NCBI GenBank assembly: GCA_050250895.1
Contig: JBFWNU010000005.1
Location: 160,001 to 224,000 of the forward strand
Reading direction: 5' to 3'
Length of the DNA: 64,000 nucleotides
Source of the DNA: Vulcanimicrobiota bacterium
GTDB lineage: Bacteria; Vulcanimicrobiota; Xenobia; Xenobiales; JADMJV01
Part shown: in pieces, positions 26,830 to 35,869 of the stretch
How the letters are laid out: the number at the start of each line of letters is the position of its first letter
Numbering within the stretch: position 1 is the first letter of the stretch
The notes under the pieces: generated by a model
Database searches by the model: none
What the model saw: only the letters and a program-made list of their open reading frames with translations
What the model was told of the DNA's origin: nothing
Made by a program: the position numbers and the translations under genes

Positions 26830-29800
26830 ATGCGGGGCCTAGGGGAACTAACACCGGAACAGCGCCAACTCTTTGATCGGCTGTTGGCCCAAACCAACGA
26901 CCATCGCCTGCGCCCGCGCCCGTCGGGCGAAACGCCGCTCTCCTACGCTCAAGAACGCATTTACTTTCTGGAACAACTCGGCCCTCAGAGCACGGCCTAC
27001 ACGGTGGCCTGGGGCTTTGACGTGGTGGGGCCCCTCGACTGCGGGTGTCTCAAAGAGGCCTTCCGGCGGTTGCGCGACCGCCACGAGATCTTGCGGGCCC
27101 GCTGTGTAAAAACCTCGACCGGTGCCCGTCTCGAGTTCGAGCCACCCGGGCCGGTCGAGGTTCTCGAGTTGGACCTGCGAGGTCTGGCCCGAGACGAGGT
27201 AACCACCCGAGCCACCGAGTTGATTCGCGCCCCCTTTGAGCTCACCGCCGGCAGCTTGTCCCGGCTCAGCTTGATCCGGGTCGGCCCAGACGAGCACGTG
27301 CTGCTCTTGCACTCCCACCACCTGATCGTGGATAGCTGGTCGGCCAAGGTGATTTTGCGCGAACTGGGTTCGGTTTATGCCGCCCTGGTCCAGGCCCGCG
27401 AGCCGGCTCTAGAGCCTCTCCCCTTGAGTTATAGCGACTTTGCCTTCTGGCAGCGTCAGCGCCAGCAGAACTGGGCCCAGGAGATCGCCTATTGGAAAGA
27501 GGCTCTGGCCGGGGCACCCACATGCCTGACTCTACCGACCGATCATTCTCGCCCTGCCTTTCGCAGTTATCGCGGTCAGAAGCACCACTTTCGGGTGGAC
27601 TCGGCCCTGGCCGACCAGTTGGCCGAGTCGGCCCGGCAAGGCGGGGTGACGCTCTTTAGCCTGCTACTGGCCTTGTTTGGCGCTTATCTTGGCCGCTTGA
27701 GCGGTCAGTCCGAGGTGGTGATAGGGGCAGCTCTCTCGGATCGCTTTCCGGCCGAGACCGAAGCGATGGTGGGGTCGTTCGCCCACTTGCTCCCCTTGCT
27801 GTGTGGCTGTGGGCCCGACGAGACTTTAGCCGACCTATTGCCTCGAGTTCGCCAGACGGTGGCCGGAGCGTTAGCCCACAAAGAGGTGCCTTTCGAGCGT
27901 CTGGTCGATGAGTTGGCCCCGCCTCGCAATCTCGACCACGATCCCATTTTTCAGGTCATGTTCGTGCTTCACGAGGACCCCCTGGAAGAAGAGCTGCACC
28001 TGCTCGGCTGTCAGGTCCGGCGACGGGTACTGGAAAAGGGTGGCTCGCGTTTTGACCTGATGCTCGAGATGGTGGACGGTGAGAACGAGCTATTCGGATG
28101 GTTCGAGTATAGTCTGGACCTTTTCGAGCCGGCCACCATCGCCGCCATGACCGAGCAGTTCTGGTTGCTGGTCGCGGGGGCCCTGGCCGCGCCTGAGGCC
28201 CCTCTGGCCGACCTGCCCCTGGTGCCCCCTTCCCAGCCCGAGCCATCGCTTGGGCCCGCTCTCGCGATCGATCCCGAAGTGCGGGTGGAAAGCTTGATTG
28301 CGAGCCAGGCCGCACTTCGACCTGAGCAGCTGGCGGTAGACCAGCTGACCTATGCCCAACTCGCCGAGCAGGTCCAAGTCAGGGCCGCCAGCCTCTTGAG
28401 CCAGGGTCTGGCGGCCGGACAACTGGTGAGCCTCAGCTCCTACAAAAATTCCCAGCTGCTGGTGAGTATGCTGGCGGTGTGGAGGTGCCAGGCTTCGTTC
28501 TTGCCGCTCGGTCCCGACTGGCCCGCTCGCCGGCGGCAGGCGGTGGTGGCGGCCTCGGGCTGTCACTGGCAGTGGGAACAGGAGGTCTGGCGGGCTGGCC
28601 CGGGTGGGTCCCCTTTCGACTCCAGCCGGGCTTATGCCATGGCGACCTCGGGCTCGAGCGGCCTGCCTAAGGTGGTGGCGGTCAGCCATCGGTCGCTGGC
28701 AAACCTCTTGCTGTCGATGGCCGATGAACCCGGTTTTGGGCCCGACGATAGCCTCCTGAGCGTGACCACTCCCACTTTCGACATCGCCTTGCTAGAGTTC
28801 TTCTTGCCCCTGGTGGCCGGCGGTTCGGTCCAGTTATTACCTGACGAGATCCGAGGGGGTTGTGGTTTGCGGCAGGCTCTCGAGCGAGGCCAGCCCAGCG
28901 TGGTGCAAGCTACGCCAACCATGTGGCGGATGCTGCTCGAAACCGGTTGGCGGCCCACGAACGGGCTAAAGATCTTGTGCGGCGGCGAGGGCCTCTCGCG
29001 CCAGCTGGCCGGGCAGCTGCTAGGGGCCGACTCACTTTGGAACCTCTATGGTCCCACCGAAACCACCGTCTGGTCGACTCTGCACAGGGTCCAGAGCGCC
29101 GACCGGGAGCCACCCATCGGGCGGCCCATCGCAAACACCCGCATCGAGATCCGAGATGATCGAGGACGGCCCGTTCCGCGAGGAGTGGTCGGCGAGATCT
29201 GCATTAGCGGTCTGGGGGTGGCTCAAGCCTATCTCGGTGGCGATGAGCTCGCTCGCGAAGGGTTCTATCATACTGGTGACCTGGGCTGCTGGGATCGCCA
29301 CGGACAGCTCCACTTCGCAGGACGCCGCGACCAACAGGTCAAGGTCAGGGGCGTGCGCATCGAGTTGGCCGAAGTCGAGCATGCGCTACTCGGTCACCCG
29401 GGCATCAGCAGCGCCGCGGTGGTTGCCCGCCAGGATGAACTGGTGGCCTTTCTGGTTGGCGACCCGGCTCCGGCCAACGTCCTTCAGGCCTATCTGCGAG
29501 GCCGCCTGCCCGAGGCCTTCGTGCCCTCGACCTTCCACTTTCTCGAAAAGTTTCCGACCACCGCCAATGGCAAGCTCGACCGGCGGGCGCTCGACGCCAC
29601 CGGCGGCCCACCCGCTCCGGCCGGCAGCACCTATCGGGCTCCCCAGACCCCCACCGAGGCCCGGGTGGTGGAACTCTACGAGGCGACCTTGCAGCGGCAG
29701 CCGGTGGGCTGCGAACATGACTTCTTCGCCCTGGGAGGACACTCGTTGCTGGCCATTTCGCTGGCCAGTCGTCTTGAGACGGCATTCGAGCTGACTTTCC

Positions 29801-29928
29801 CTCTGCGCAAGGTCTTCGAGCTGGGCACGCCAGCACGCGTTGCCGGCTGGCTCGAACAGCAGATTCTGCTCGAGATCGAAGCGATGAGCGAAGAAGAAGC
29901 CAGCCATCTGGCCTTCGGTCATGGATAG
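26830..29928 (+). CDS. NRPS module C-A(Gly-like)-PCP
   Basis: LSYAQER; HHLIVD; A TSGSSG.PK, FDIALLE, VQATP and NLYGPTETTVWS; PCP GGHSL. Confidence 0.92.
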   Translation: MRGLGELTPEQRQLFDRLLAQTNDHRLRPRPSGETPLSYAQERIYFLEQLGPQSTAYTVAWGFDVVGPLDCGCLKEAFRRLRDRHEILRARCVKTSTGARLEFEPPGPVEVLELDLRGLARDEVTTRATELIRAPFELTAGSLSRLSLIRVGPDEHVLLLHSHHLIVDSWSAKVILRELGSVYAALVQAREPALEPLPLSYSDFAFWQRQRQQNWAQEIAYWKEALAGAPTCLTLPTDHSRPAFRSYRGQKHHFRVDSALADQLAESARQGGVTLFSLLLALFGAYLGRLSGQSEVVIGAALSDRFPAETEAMVGSFAHLLPLLCGCGPDETLADLLPRVRQTVAGALAHKEVPFERLVDELAPPRNLDHDPIFQVMFVLHEDPLEEELHLLGCQVRRRVLEKGGSRFDLMLEMVDGENELFGWFEYSLDLFEPATIAAMTEQFWLLVAGALAAPEAPLADLPLVPPSQPEPSLGPALAIDPEVRVESLIASQAALRPEQLAVDQLTYAQLAEQVQVRAASLLSQGLAAGQLVSLSSYKNSQLLVSMLAVWRCQASFLPLGPDWPARRRQAVVAASGCHWQWEQEVWRAGPGGSPFDSSRAYAMATSGSSGLPKVVAVSHRSLANLLLSMADEPGFGPDDSLLSVTTPTFDIALLEFFLPLVAGGSVQLLPDEIRGGCGLRQALERGQPSVVQATPTMWRMLLETGWRPTNGLKILCGGEGLSRQLAGQLLGADSLWNLYGPTETTVWSTLHRVQSADREPPIGRPIANTRIEIRDDRGRPVPRGVVGEICISGLGVAQAYLGGDELAREGFYHTGDLGCWDRHGQLHFAGRRDQQVKVRGVRIELAEVEHALLGHPGISSAAVVARQDELVAFLVGDPAPANVLQAYLRGRLPEAFVPSTFHFLEKFPTTANGKLDRRALDATGGPPAPAGSTYRAPQTPTEARVVELYEATLQRQPVGCEHDFFALGGHSLLAISLASRLETAFELTFPLRKVFELGTPARVAGWLEQQILLEIEAMSEEEASHLAFGHG

Positions 29929-32900
29929 CCAGCTGTCGCCGGCCAAGCGAGCGCTGCTAGCCCGCCGACTACAAGGTCGCTCCCAGCGCTCACCAGACGG
30001 CCTGACCGCGAGCCCGCTGGCCTCGCGGGGCATGGAGAGGCTGTGGTTCTTGCACCGGCTCGAACAGCAGGCGCCGATCTATAACATCTATTGTCACTAC
30101 CGGATTCGCGGTCAGCTTGAGATAGAACGCCTCAGCCGTGCCTGGAGCGAACTGGTCGAACGCCATGCGGCCCTGCGAACTCGGCTGGTGGAAGCGGGCG
30201 ACCAGCTCTTGCGCCAACCATGTCCAGCGCCCCGACTGGCTCTGATGGACCAGCCCCAAGACCTGGCCCAGGCGCTGCGGGCCTTGCGGCGCGAGCCGTT
30301 TGACCCGGCCACCGGACCCCTGGCCCGAGCGGCGCTGACGCCGGTGGGTCCCGACCATCATGTGCTGACCATGGTGCTCCACCATATCATCTGTGACGGC
30401 TGGTCGTTGCGGCTGCTCGAGCGCGAACTGGGGGCTCTGTATTCGGGCCAAATCCTGCCGCCGCTAGAGGCCGACTATGGTCACTTCGTGGCCTGGCAGG
30501 CAAGCCATGACGAAGGGCGGGAGCTTGCCTACTGGCACGAGCGCCTGGCCTGTCCGACGCGCTGCGAGGTGCCCACCGACCTGGGCCGCCCGGCCCGCTC
30601 GGACTACGCTTGCAGGCAGCTACGCCGACCGGTAGCGGCCCCGGCTTTGCGCCAACTCGCCCAGGGCTACCGGACCACCATCTTCACGCTCATCCTGGCC
30701 GCCTTCAAGGCCACCCTGTGTGCCTGGGTGGGAAGCAGCGATATCCTGGTGGGAACGCCCATGGCCGGTCGCTTGCAGCCCGCTTTCGAGAGCCTGGTGG
30801 GCTTTTTCGTCAACACCCTGGTGTTGCGGACCTGCCTGGACGGCGATCCCACCTTCGCAGAGGTGATTGAGCGGGTGGGTGAGACGGTCTTGCAGGCCCA
30901 CGAGCATCAGCGGCTGCCCTTCGAGCGGTTGGTACGCGAAATAAAGCCTGACCGCGACAGCGGCCGCAACCCGCTCTTTTCGGTGATGTTCGTGGGCGAA
31001 GACGGCCCTCGTCAGGTTGTGCCCCTGGTCGGGCTCGAGGTCGAGCCGCTCGAACTCGAGCGAGAGGCCCTGCCTTATGACCTCGAAGCCCGTTTCACCG
31101 ACCTGGGGGAGCAGCTGGTGCTAGCCATCGACTACGATCCAGCCCTCTATGCCGAAACGACCGTCAAAGACTTGCTCGAGCATTTTGCCCAGGTTCTCGA
31201 ACGCCTCGGGACTGCCTCCGAACTCCCCCTATCTCGATGGGGCGCCCTGCCATCGGCCTATCTCGAGAGTTTGAACGAGCGCCTGTCGGGGCCGGTGGTG
31301 GCTCACCCCGGCGGGTGTCTCCACCACCGTTTCGAGCAGCAGGCGCGGTCCACGCCCGAAGCGGTCGCCGTGGTCGACGAGGGCCGCCAGTATAGCTATC
31401 AAGAACTCAACCAGGCGGCCAACCGGCTGGCCCATCGCTTATTGCGCCAGGGCGCCGGCCCGGGGCGGGTGGTGGCCCTGCCCCAGCCCCGTGGCTACTC
31501 GGCCCTGGTGAGCATTCTAGGCATTCTCAAGACTGGCGCGGCCTATCTCCCCCTCGACCCGCAACTGCCGGAGGCCGTGGTGGCCGACCGCCTGGCCGAC
31601 AGCCAGGCCCTGGTGCTTGAGCTAGAGGCTTTCGATGGCCCCGTCAACGACCCGCCTCCGGCCGGCCGGGCCCAAGACATTCTCTGCATTCTCTATACTT
31701 CGGCCTCGAGCGGCCCGGCCAAGCGGATAGCCTGCCCTCACCGGGGGGCCGTCCATCGTCTGGATTGGGGCAGCCGTGAGTTGCCGCTCGCTCCCGACGA
31801 GGTGGTCGGTCAACGCGCCAGCCTGGGCTTTGTGGACTCGATTGCCGAGCTCTTTTCGCCGCTTTTGAGTGGGGCTCGGCTGGTGTTTTTGCCCGAACTC
31901 GACTCTTTGTCGCGGTGGACCGCCCAGCTTCGCCGTCAGCGAGTAACCCGCTTGCTGGTGGTGCCCAGCCTGCTGGCTACTCTGCTTGAGTCAAGCCTCG
32001 ATCTCCCCGCTCTCAAACTGGTGGTATCCAGCGGCGAGGCCCTCCCGTCGAGTCTGGCCAGGCTCTTCGCTCGCCGACTTCCCCAGGCCCGGCTGGTCAA
32101 TCTCTACGGCTCGACCGAGGTGGCCGGAGACATCACCTGGTCTCACGACTCGAGCCTGGGCCGGCCCATCGACAATCATCGCTGTCGCATCGTCGACGAG
32201 CACGGCCGTTCGGTGGCCCGCGGGGCGGTGGGCGAGTTGCTGGTGAGTGGACCGGGCCTGGCCGCCGGTCTTGGTCCCGAGTTTGCAACCGGAGATCTGG
32301 TAAGGCTGGAACGAAACGGCCGGCTGGACTACATCGGTCGCAAGGACTCTCAGGTGAAGATTCGCGGCATTCGGGTGGGTCTGGCCCAGGTCGAGCAGTT
32401 GCTGGCCCGGCATCCGGCCGTTCGCAGTTGCGCTGTGGTCGAGCAGGCTCAGACTCTGCACGCTTTCTGGACGGGGCATCAGGCCGCCGACCTGCAGGTC
32501 TATGTCGAGACCCATCTCGAGCGGGCCCTGCGGCCGCGCTTGCATCACTGCGAACAACTGCCGCTGACGACCAACGGCAAGATCGACAGGTCAGCCCTGG
32601 TTGTGCGGCCTGGACCCGCGCGGCCAGCCGGCTCGTTCGAGCAGAAGGTGGTCAGGGTCTGGTCGCGGGTGCTGGGTTTCGAGGTCGCTCCGGAGGCAAA
32701 CTTCTTCGAGCTGGGCGGCCACTCGCTGCTGGGTGTGCGCCTGATGGCTGCTCTGGAACGTCTGGTCGGGCATCCTTTGAGCGTGGGCCTGCTGTTCGAA
32801 GCTCAGACCGCCCGGTCCATGGCTCGAGTCTTGCAGCAAGAGGGCCGTACGGGCGAACTGGTGGTCATGAAGCCGGGCGCCGGGCCGCCCTTGATTCTCA

Positions 32901-33568
32901 TCCCCCCGGCCGGCTGCACGCTGGTCCGGTATGCTCAGTTGCTCGAGCACTATGACGGTCCCGTTCTGGGCTTTGAATACCCGCCAACTCCGGTCGCCTA
33001 TACCCGATTGGTGACCCGCTGGGCCGACGAGTTGGCGGCCCTGTTGGGCGATGGACCCTATGTGGTGGGTGGAGCGTGCCTTGGGGGGCGCTACGCCTTC
33101 GAGCTTGGCCGGCGGTTGCGCGCACTGGCCCTACCCGTGGCCCTGGTGGTGGTCATCGACACTGGCCCGAGCCACCCTCTCGCGCCTCGCAAGGACGCTG
33201 CCTACTGGCGAAGCTGGCTGGTCAGCCACGCCTTGTCGCCGCGCCGTTTCAAGAAGTGGTTCCGAAATCATCTCAAGCGTGCCAACCGCTATCTCTTCCA
33301 ACCGGCTAAGGTCAGGTTCGAGCGCCTGATGATAGAGCATCTGGCCTCGATGAACGGCTATCGCCCTCAAAAACTGGACGCCCCCGTCTTGCTGCTCGAG
33401 TCCGAGGAGAAAAGGCTTGAGTCGCGAGAGGCAACCTGGTGGCAAGACTTGCAACCGGATCTGGAGGTGACGGGTCTGCCGGGAAGCACTCACATGGGCT
33501 TGCTCGACCAGACGCGCCAGGCCGAGTGGGTGGCCCGCACCATCCGCCGTCGGGTCGAAGAACTATGA
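29921..33568 (+). CDS. Terminal NRPS module C-A(beta-Ala-like)-PCP-TE
   Basis: HHIICDG; A YTSASSG..K, FVDS, VSSGE and NLYGSTEVAGD; PCP GGHSL; TE GACLGG..VIDT..THMGL. Confidence 0.9.
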   Translation: MDSQLSPAKRALLARRLQGRSQRSPDGLTASPLASRGMERLWFLHRLEQQAPIYNIYCHYRIRGQLEIERLSRAWSELVERHAALRTRLVEAGDQLLRQPCPAPRLALMDQPQDLAQALRALRREPFDPATGPLARAALTPVGPDHHVLTMVLHHIICDGWSLRLLERELGALYSGQILPPLEADYGHFVAWQASHDEGRELAYWHERLACPTRCEVPTDLGRPARSDYACRQLRRPVAAPALRQLAQGYRTTIFTLILAAFKATLCAWVGSSDILVGTPMAGRLQPAFESLVGFFVNTLVLRTCLDGDPTFAEVIERVGETVLQAHEHQRLPFERLVREIKPDRDSGRNPLFSVMFVGEDGPRQVVPLVGLEVEPLELEREALPYDLEARFTDLGEQLVLAIDYDPALYAETTVKDLLEHFAQVLERLGTASELPLSRWGALPSAYLESLNERLSGPVVAHPGGCLHHRFEQQARSTPEAVAVVDEGRQYSYQELNQAANRLAHRLLRQGAGPGRVVALPQPRGYSALVSILGILKTGAAYLPLDPQLPEAVVADRLADSQALVLELEAFDGPVNDPPPAGRAQDILCILYTSASSGPAKRIACPHRGAVHRLDWGSRELPLAPDEVVGQRASLGFVDSIAELFSPLLSGARLVFLPELDSLSRWTAQLRRQRVTRLLVVPSLLATLLESSLDLPALKLVVSSGEALPSSLARLFARRLPQARLVNLYGSTEVAGDITWSHDSSLGRPIDNHRCRIVDEHGRSVARGAVGELLVSGPGLAAGLGPEFATGDLVRLERNGRLDYIGRKDSQVKIRGIRVGLAQVEQLLARHPAVRSCAVVEQAQTLHAFWTGHQAADLQVYVETHLERALRPRLHHCEQLPLTTNGKIDRSALVVRPGPARPAGSFEQKVVRVWSRVLGFEVAPEANFFELGGHSLLGVRLMAALERLVGHPLSVGLLFEAQTARSMARVLQQEGRTGELVVMKPGAGPPLILIPPAGCTLVRYAQLLEHYDGPVLGFEYPPTPVAYTRLVTRWADELAALLGDGPYVVGGACLGGRYAFELGRRLRALALPVALVVVIDTGPSHPLAPRKDAAYWRSWLVSHALSPRRFKKWFRNHLKRANRYLFQPAKVRFERLMIEHLASMNGYRPQKLDAPVLLLESEEKRLESREATWWQDLQPDLEVTGLPGSTHMGLLDQTRQAEWVARTIRRRVEEL

Positions 33569-35242
33569 CTCGCCTGCTGCACTTTTTGGGCCGGGTTCGG
33601 GCTTCTCAGGGTCGGCTGCTGTTCTGGTCTACCCTCAATAGCCTGGCTCTGGCCCTTTCCGGCGGCGGAGGATTGCTGTTGTTGGTGCCCTTGCTTCACC
33701 TGGTGGGCGCCGAAAAGACGCCCTCGCCGGCCAATCAGGCCATCTCGAATTGGCTCCACGGCCTCGGCATCGGGCTCAACCTGACCAGTGTGTTGCTCGC
33801 CTTCGTGGCCCTCCAGTTGTTGGCCGCCTGGTTAGAACGGGTGCGCCGACTGCAGCACATCGATCTCTCTTTGCGCTTCGCCTTCGAGTGTCAGCAAGAG
33901 CTGCATCGAGCGCTGGCCCAGACCAGTTGGTTGCAGTTCGCCAAGTTGCAGCGCGCCAACTTGCTGCAAACCTGCACCGAAGAGATCCGGCGCATCTCGG
34001 CGGCCGCCTACTCGATTCAGTGGGCTATTGCCGAGGCAGCTTTGCTTTGCGCCTATTTCCTGACGGCGCTCGTGGTGGCCCCGGTCTTCTCGCTGGCGGC
34101 GGCCAGCGTCGGCCTGGCCTGCCTGTGGGTGATTCGGCGCACCACCGGACGGGCGCTCTTTCTTGGCGATCGCCTGACTCAGAACTGGCAGGAGATGTTC
34201 GCGGCCACCGGCGACTTCCTCGATTCTGCCCAACTGGCCCGCTGCTACCAGACGACCGACAGCCACGCCTCGATGTATCTGGCTCGAGCGACCGAACTCT
34301 ACCAGACCCGCCGCGAACTCGAAGTCAACTCTACCCGCGCAGCCACGCTGTTCACCGGCCTGGTGGTGGTGGCTCTGGCCATCCTCTGCTATGTGGCCAT
34401 CGGCTGGGCGGGCATACCTGCCTCGTCGCTGATCGTGCTGATCTTCGTCTTCAACCGCATGGCCAGCCGCCTGGGCGGACTCGAGCAGGTAGCTCAACGT
34501 CTGCTCAACGACCTGCCAGCCCTGGAGCGCGTCAGGCAGACCATCACGGCCTGCCAGGCCTCGCACCAACTCGAGGACACTGACGAGGTCGCTCCGGTGC
34601 TCGCCAGCGAGCTTGTTTTCGAACAAGTCCGCTTTGCCTATCCCGGCGAGAAGTTCGAACTGCGCGTAGACCAGGCGATCCCGGCTCGAAAGCTCACGGT
34701 TTTGTCAGGACCGAGCGGGGTTGGCAAAAGCACCGCCCTCAGCCTGGTCCTCGGCCTGATTCGTCCCGATTCGGGTCGGTTACTGGTCGACGGCCAACCC
34801 CTGCAGCCTGGGCCCAATTGGCGCCGCACCATCGGCTACCTGCCTCAGCATCCCTTTCTCTTTCACCAAAGCATTCGGGCCAATCTGCATTGGGGCGCTT
34901 CCGAGGCGACCGAAGAGGATCTCTGGTCGGCCCTCGAGCAGGCTGAAGCCCGAGACTTCGTAGAGGCTTTTGCCCAGGGCCTGGATACGGTCGTGGGCGA
35001 GCGCGGTGACCGCCTTTCGGGCGGTCAGCGCCAGCGCCTGGCCCTGGCCCGCGCCTTGCTCCGACAGCCCCAGCTCTTGCTCTTGGATGAACCTACCTCG
35101 GGCCTCGACGAGGCCAACGAAGTGGCCATTTTCCAGACCCTGAAAGCGCTCTCTTCACGTTTGACGGTGCTGGTTGTCAGCCACCGCACCTCGGCTCAGG
35201 GCCCTGGCTGACCGGGTGGTCGACCTGGGCGGGACTGCCTGA
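33565..35242 (+). CDS. ABC exporter (fused permease/ATPase); probable frameshift near 35200
   Basis: TM domain; GPSGVGKS, LSGGQRQR, LLLLDE and SHR. The natural end ALADRVVDLGGTA* lies in the shifted frame; the ORF as read stops at 35211. Confidence 0.85.
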
Positions 35243-35294
35243 GTTGCGGCTTGGCTGGTGCCTGGTGAAAGTCTGTCGGTCGCGCCTCAAAAGA

Positions 35295-35320
35295 AAAAGG
35301 CTACCCACAGGTAGCCTTTT
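35295..35320. terminator. Bidirectional Rho-independent terminator
   Basis: AAAAGGCTACC-CACA-GGTAGCCTTTT between convergent genes. Confidence 0.85.
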
Positions 35321-35348
35321 GCGACTGTCAGCGAGACGTCGATAGAAT

Positions 35349-35603
35349 TTAGCGACGGGTCTTTTTGGCGCGAGCCTCGTTGACCACGAGGCGGCGACCG
35401 CCGAATTCTTTGTCGTTCATTCCTTCGATAGCCTTGTTACCGGCTGTCTTGTCGCCCATCTCGACGAAGCCGAAGCCGCGAGCCTGACCGGTGTCGCGAT
35501 CCTTGACCACGTTGACGGACGTGACGGAGCCGAATTCCTCGAAAGCGCGAAGAAGCTCATCCTCGGTGACTTCGAAAGAGAGATTTCCAACATAAAGATT
35601 CAT
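35349..35603 (-). CDS. RRM (RNP-1) RNA-binding protein
   Basis: MNLYVGNL (RNP2) and RGFGFVEM (RNP1); GGAGG RBS. Confidence 0.95.
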   Translation of the reverse strand: MNLYVGNLSFEVTEDELLRAFEEFGSVTSVNVVKDRDTGQARGFGFVEMGDKTAGNKAIEGMNDKEFGGRRLVVNEARAKKTRR

Positions 35604-35749
35604 AATAATCCTCCAAGAGAAAGTGTGCAAAAGGGACGGAACGATCTGGCCACGTGAACGGAATGGAGAGCCAAATCAAGCGAAGGATCTCATCGTTGTC
35701 ACCTGCTGGAGACGGTGGTTCGACGGGTTTTACCCGCAGTTGCCGGGTC

Positions 35750-35778
35750 ACCATACGTTAGTTTGGAGGAAAATGCAA
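35750..35778 (-). promoter_or_regulatory. Sigma70-type promoter of the RRM gene
   Basis: Minus strand TTGCAT-N17-TATGGT, about 145 nt upstream of the ATG. Confidence 0.6.
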
Positions 35779-35869
35779 GCTTTTTCTCAGGATTGCGTCC
35801 GGTGAACCTCGTTTTGGCCATTCGCGCAGAGGCCATTCATCCGAATCAAAAGGTCAATCGGCCAGGCCT

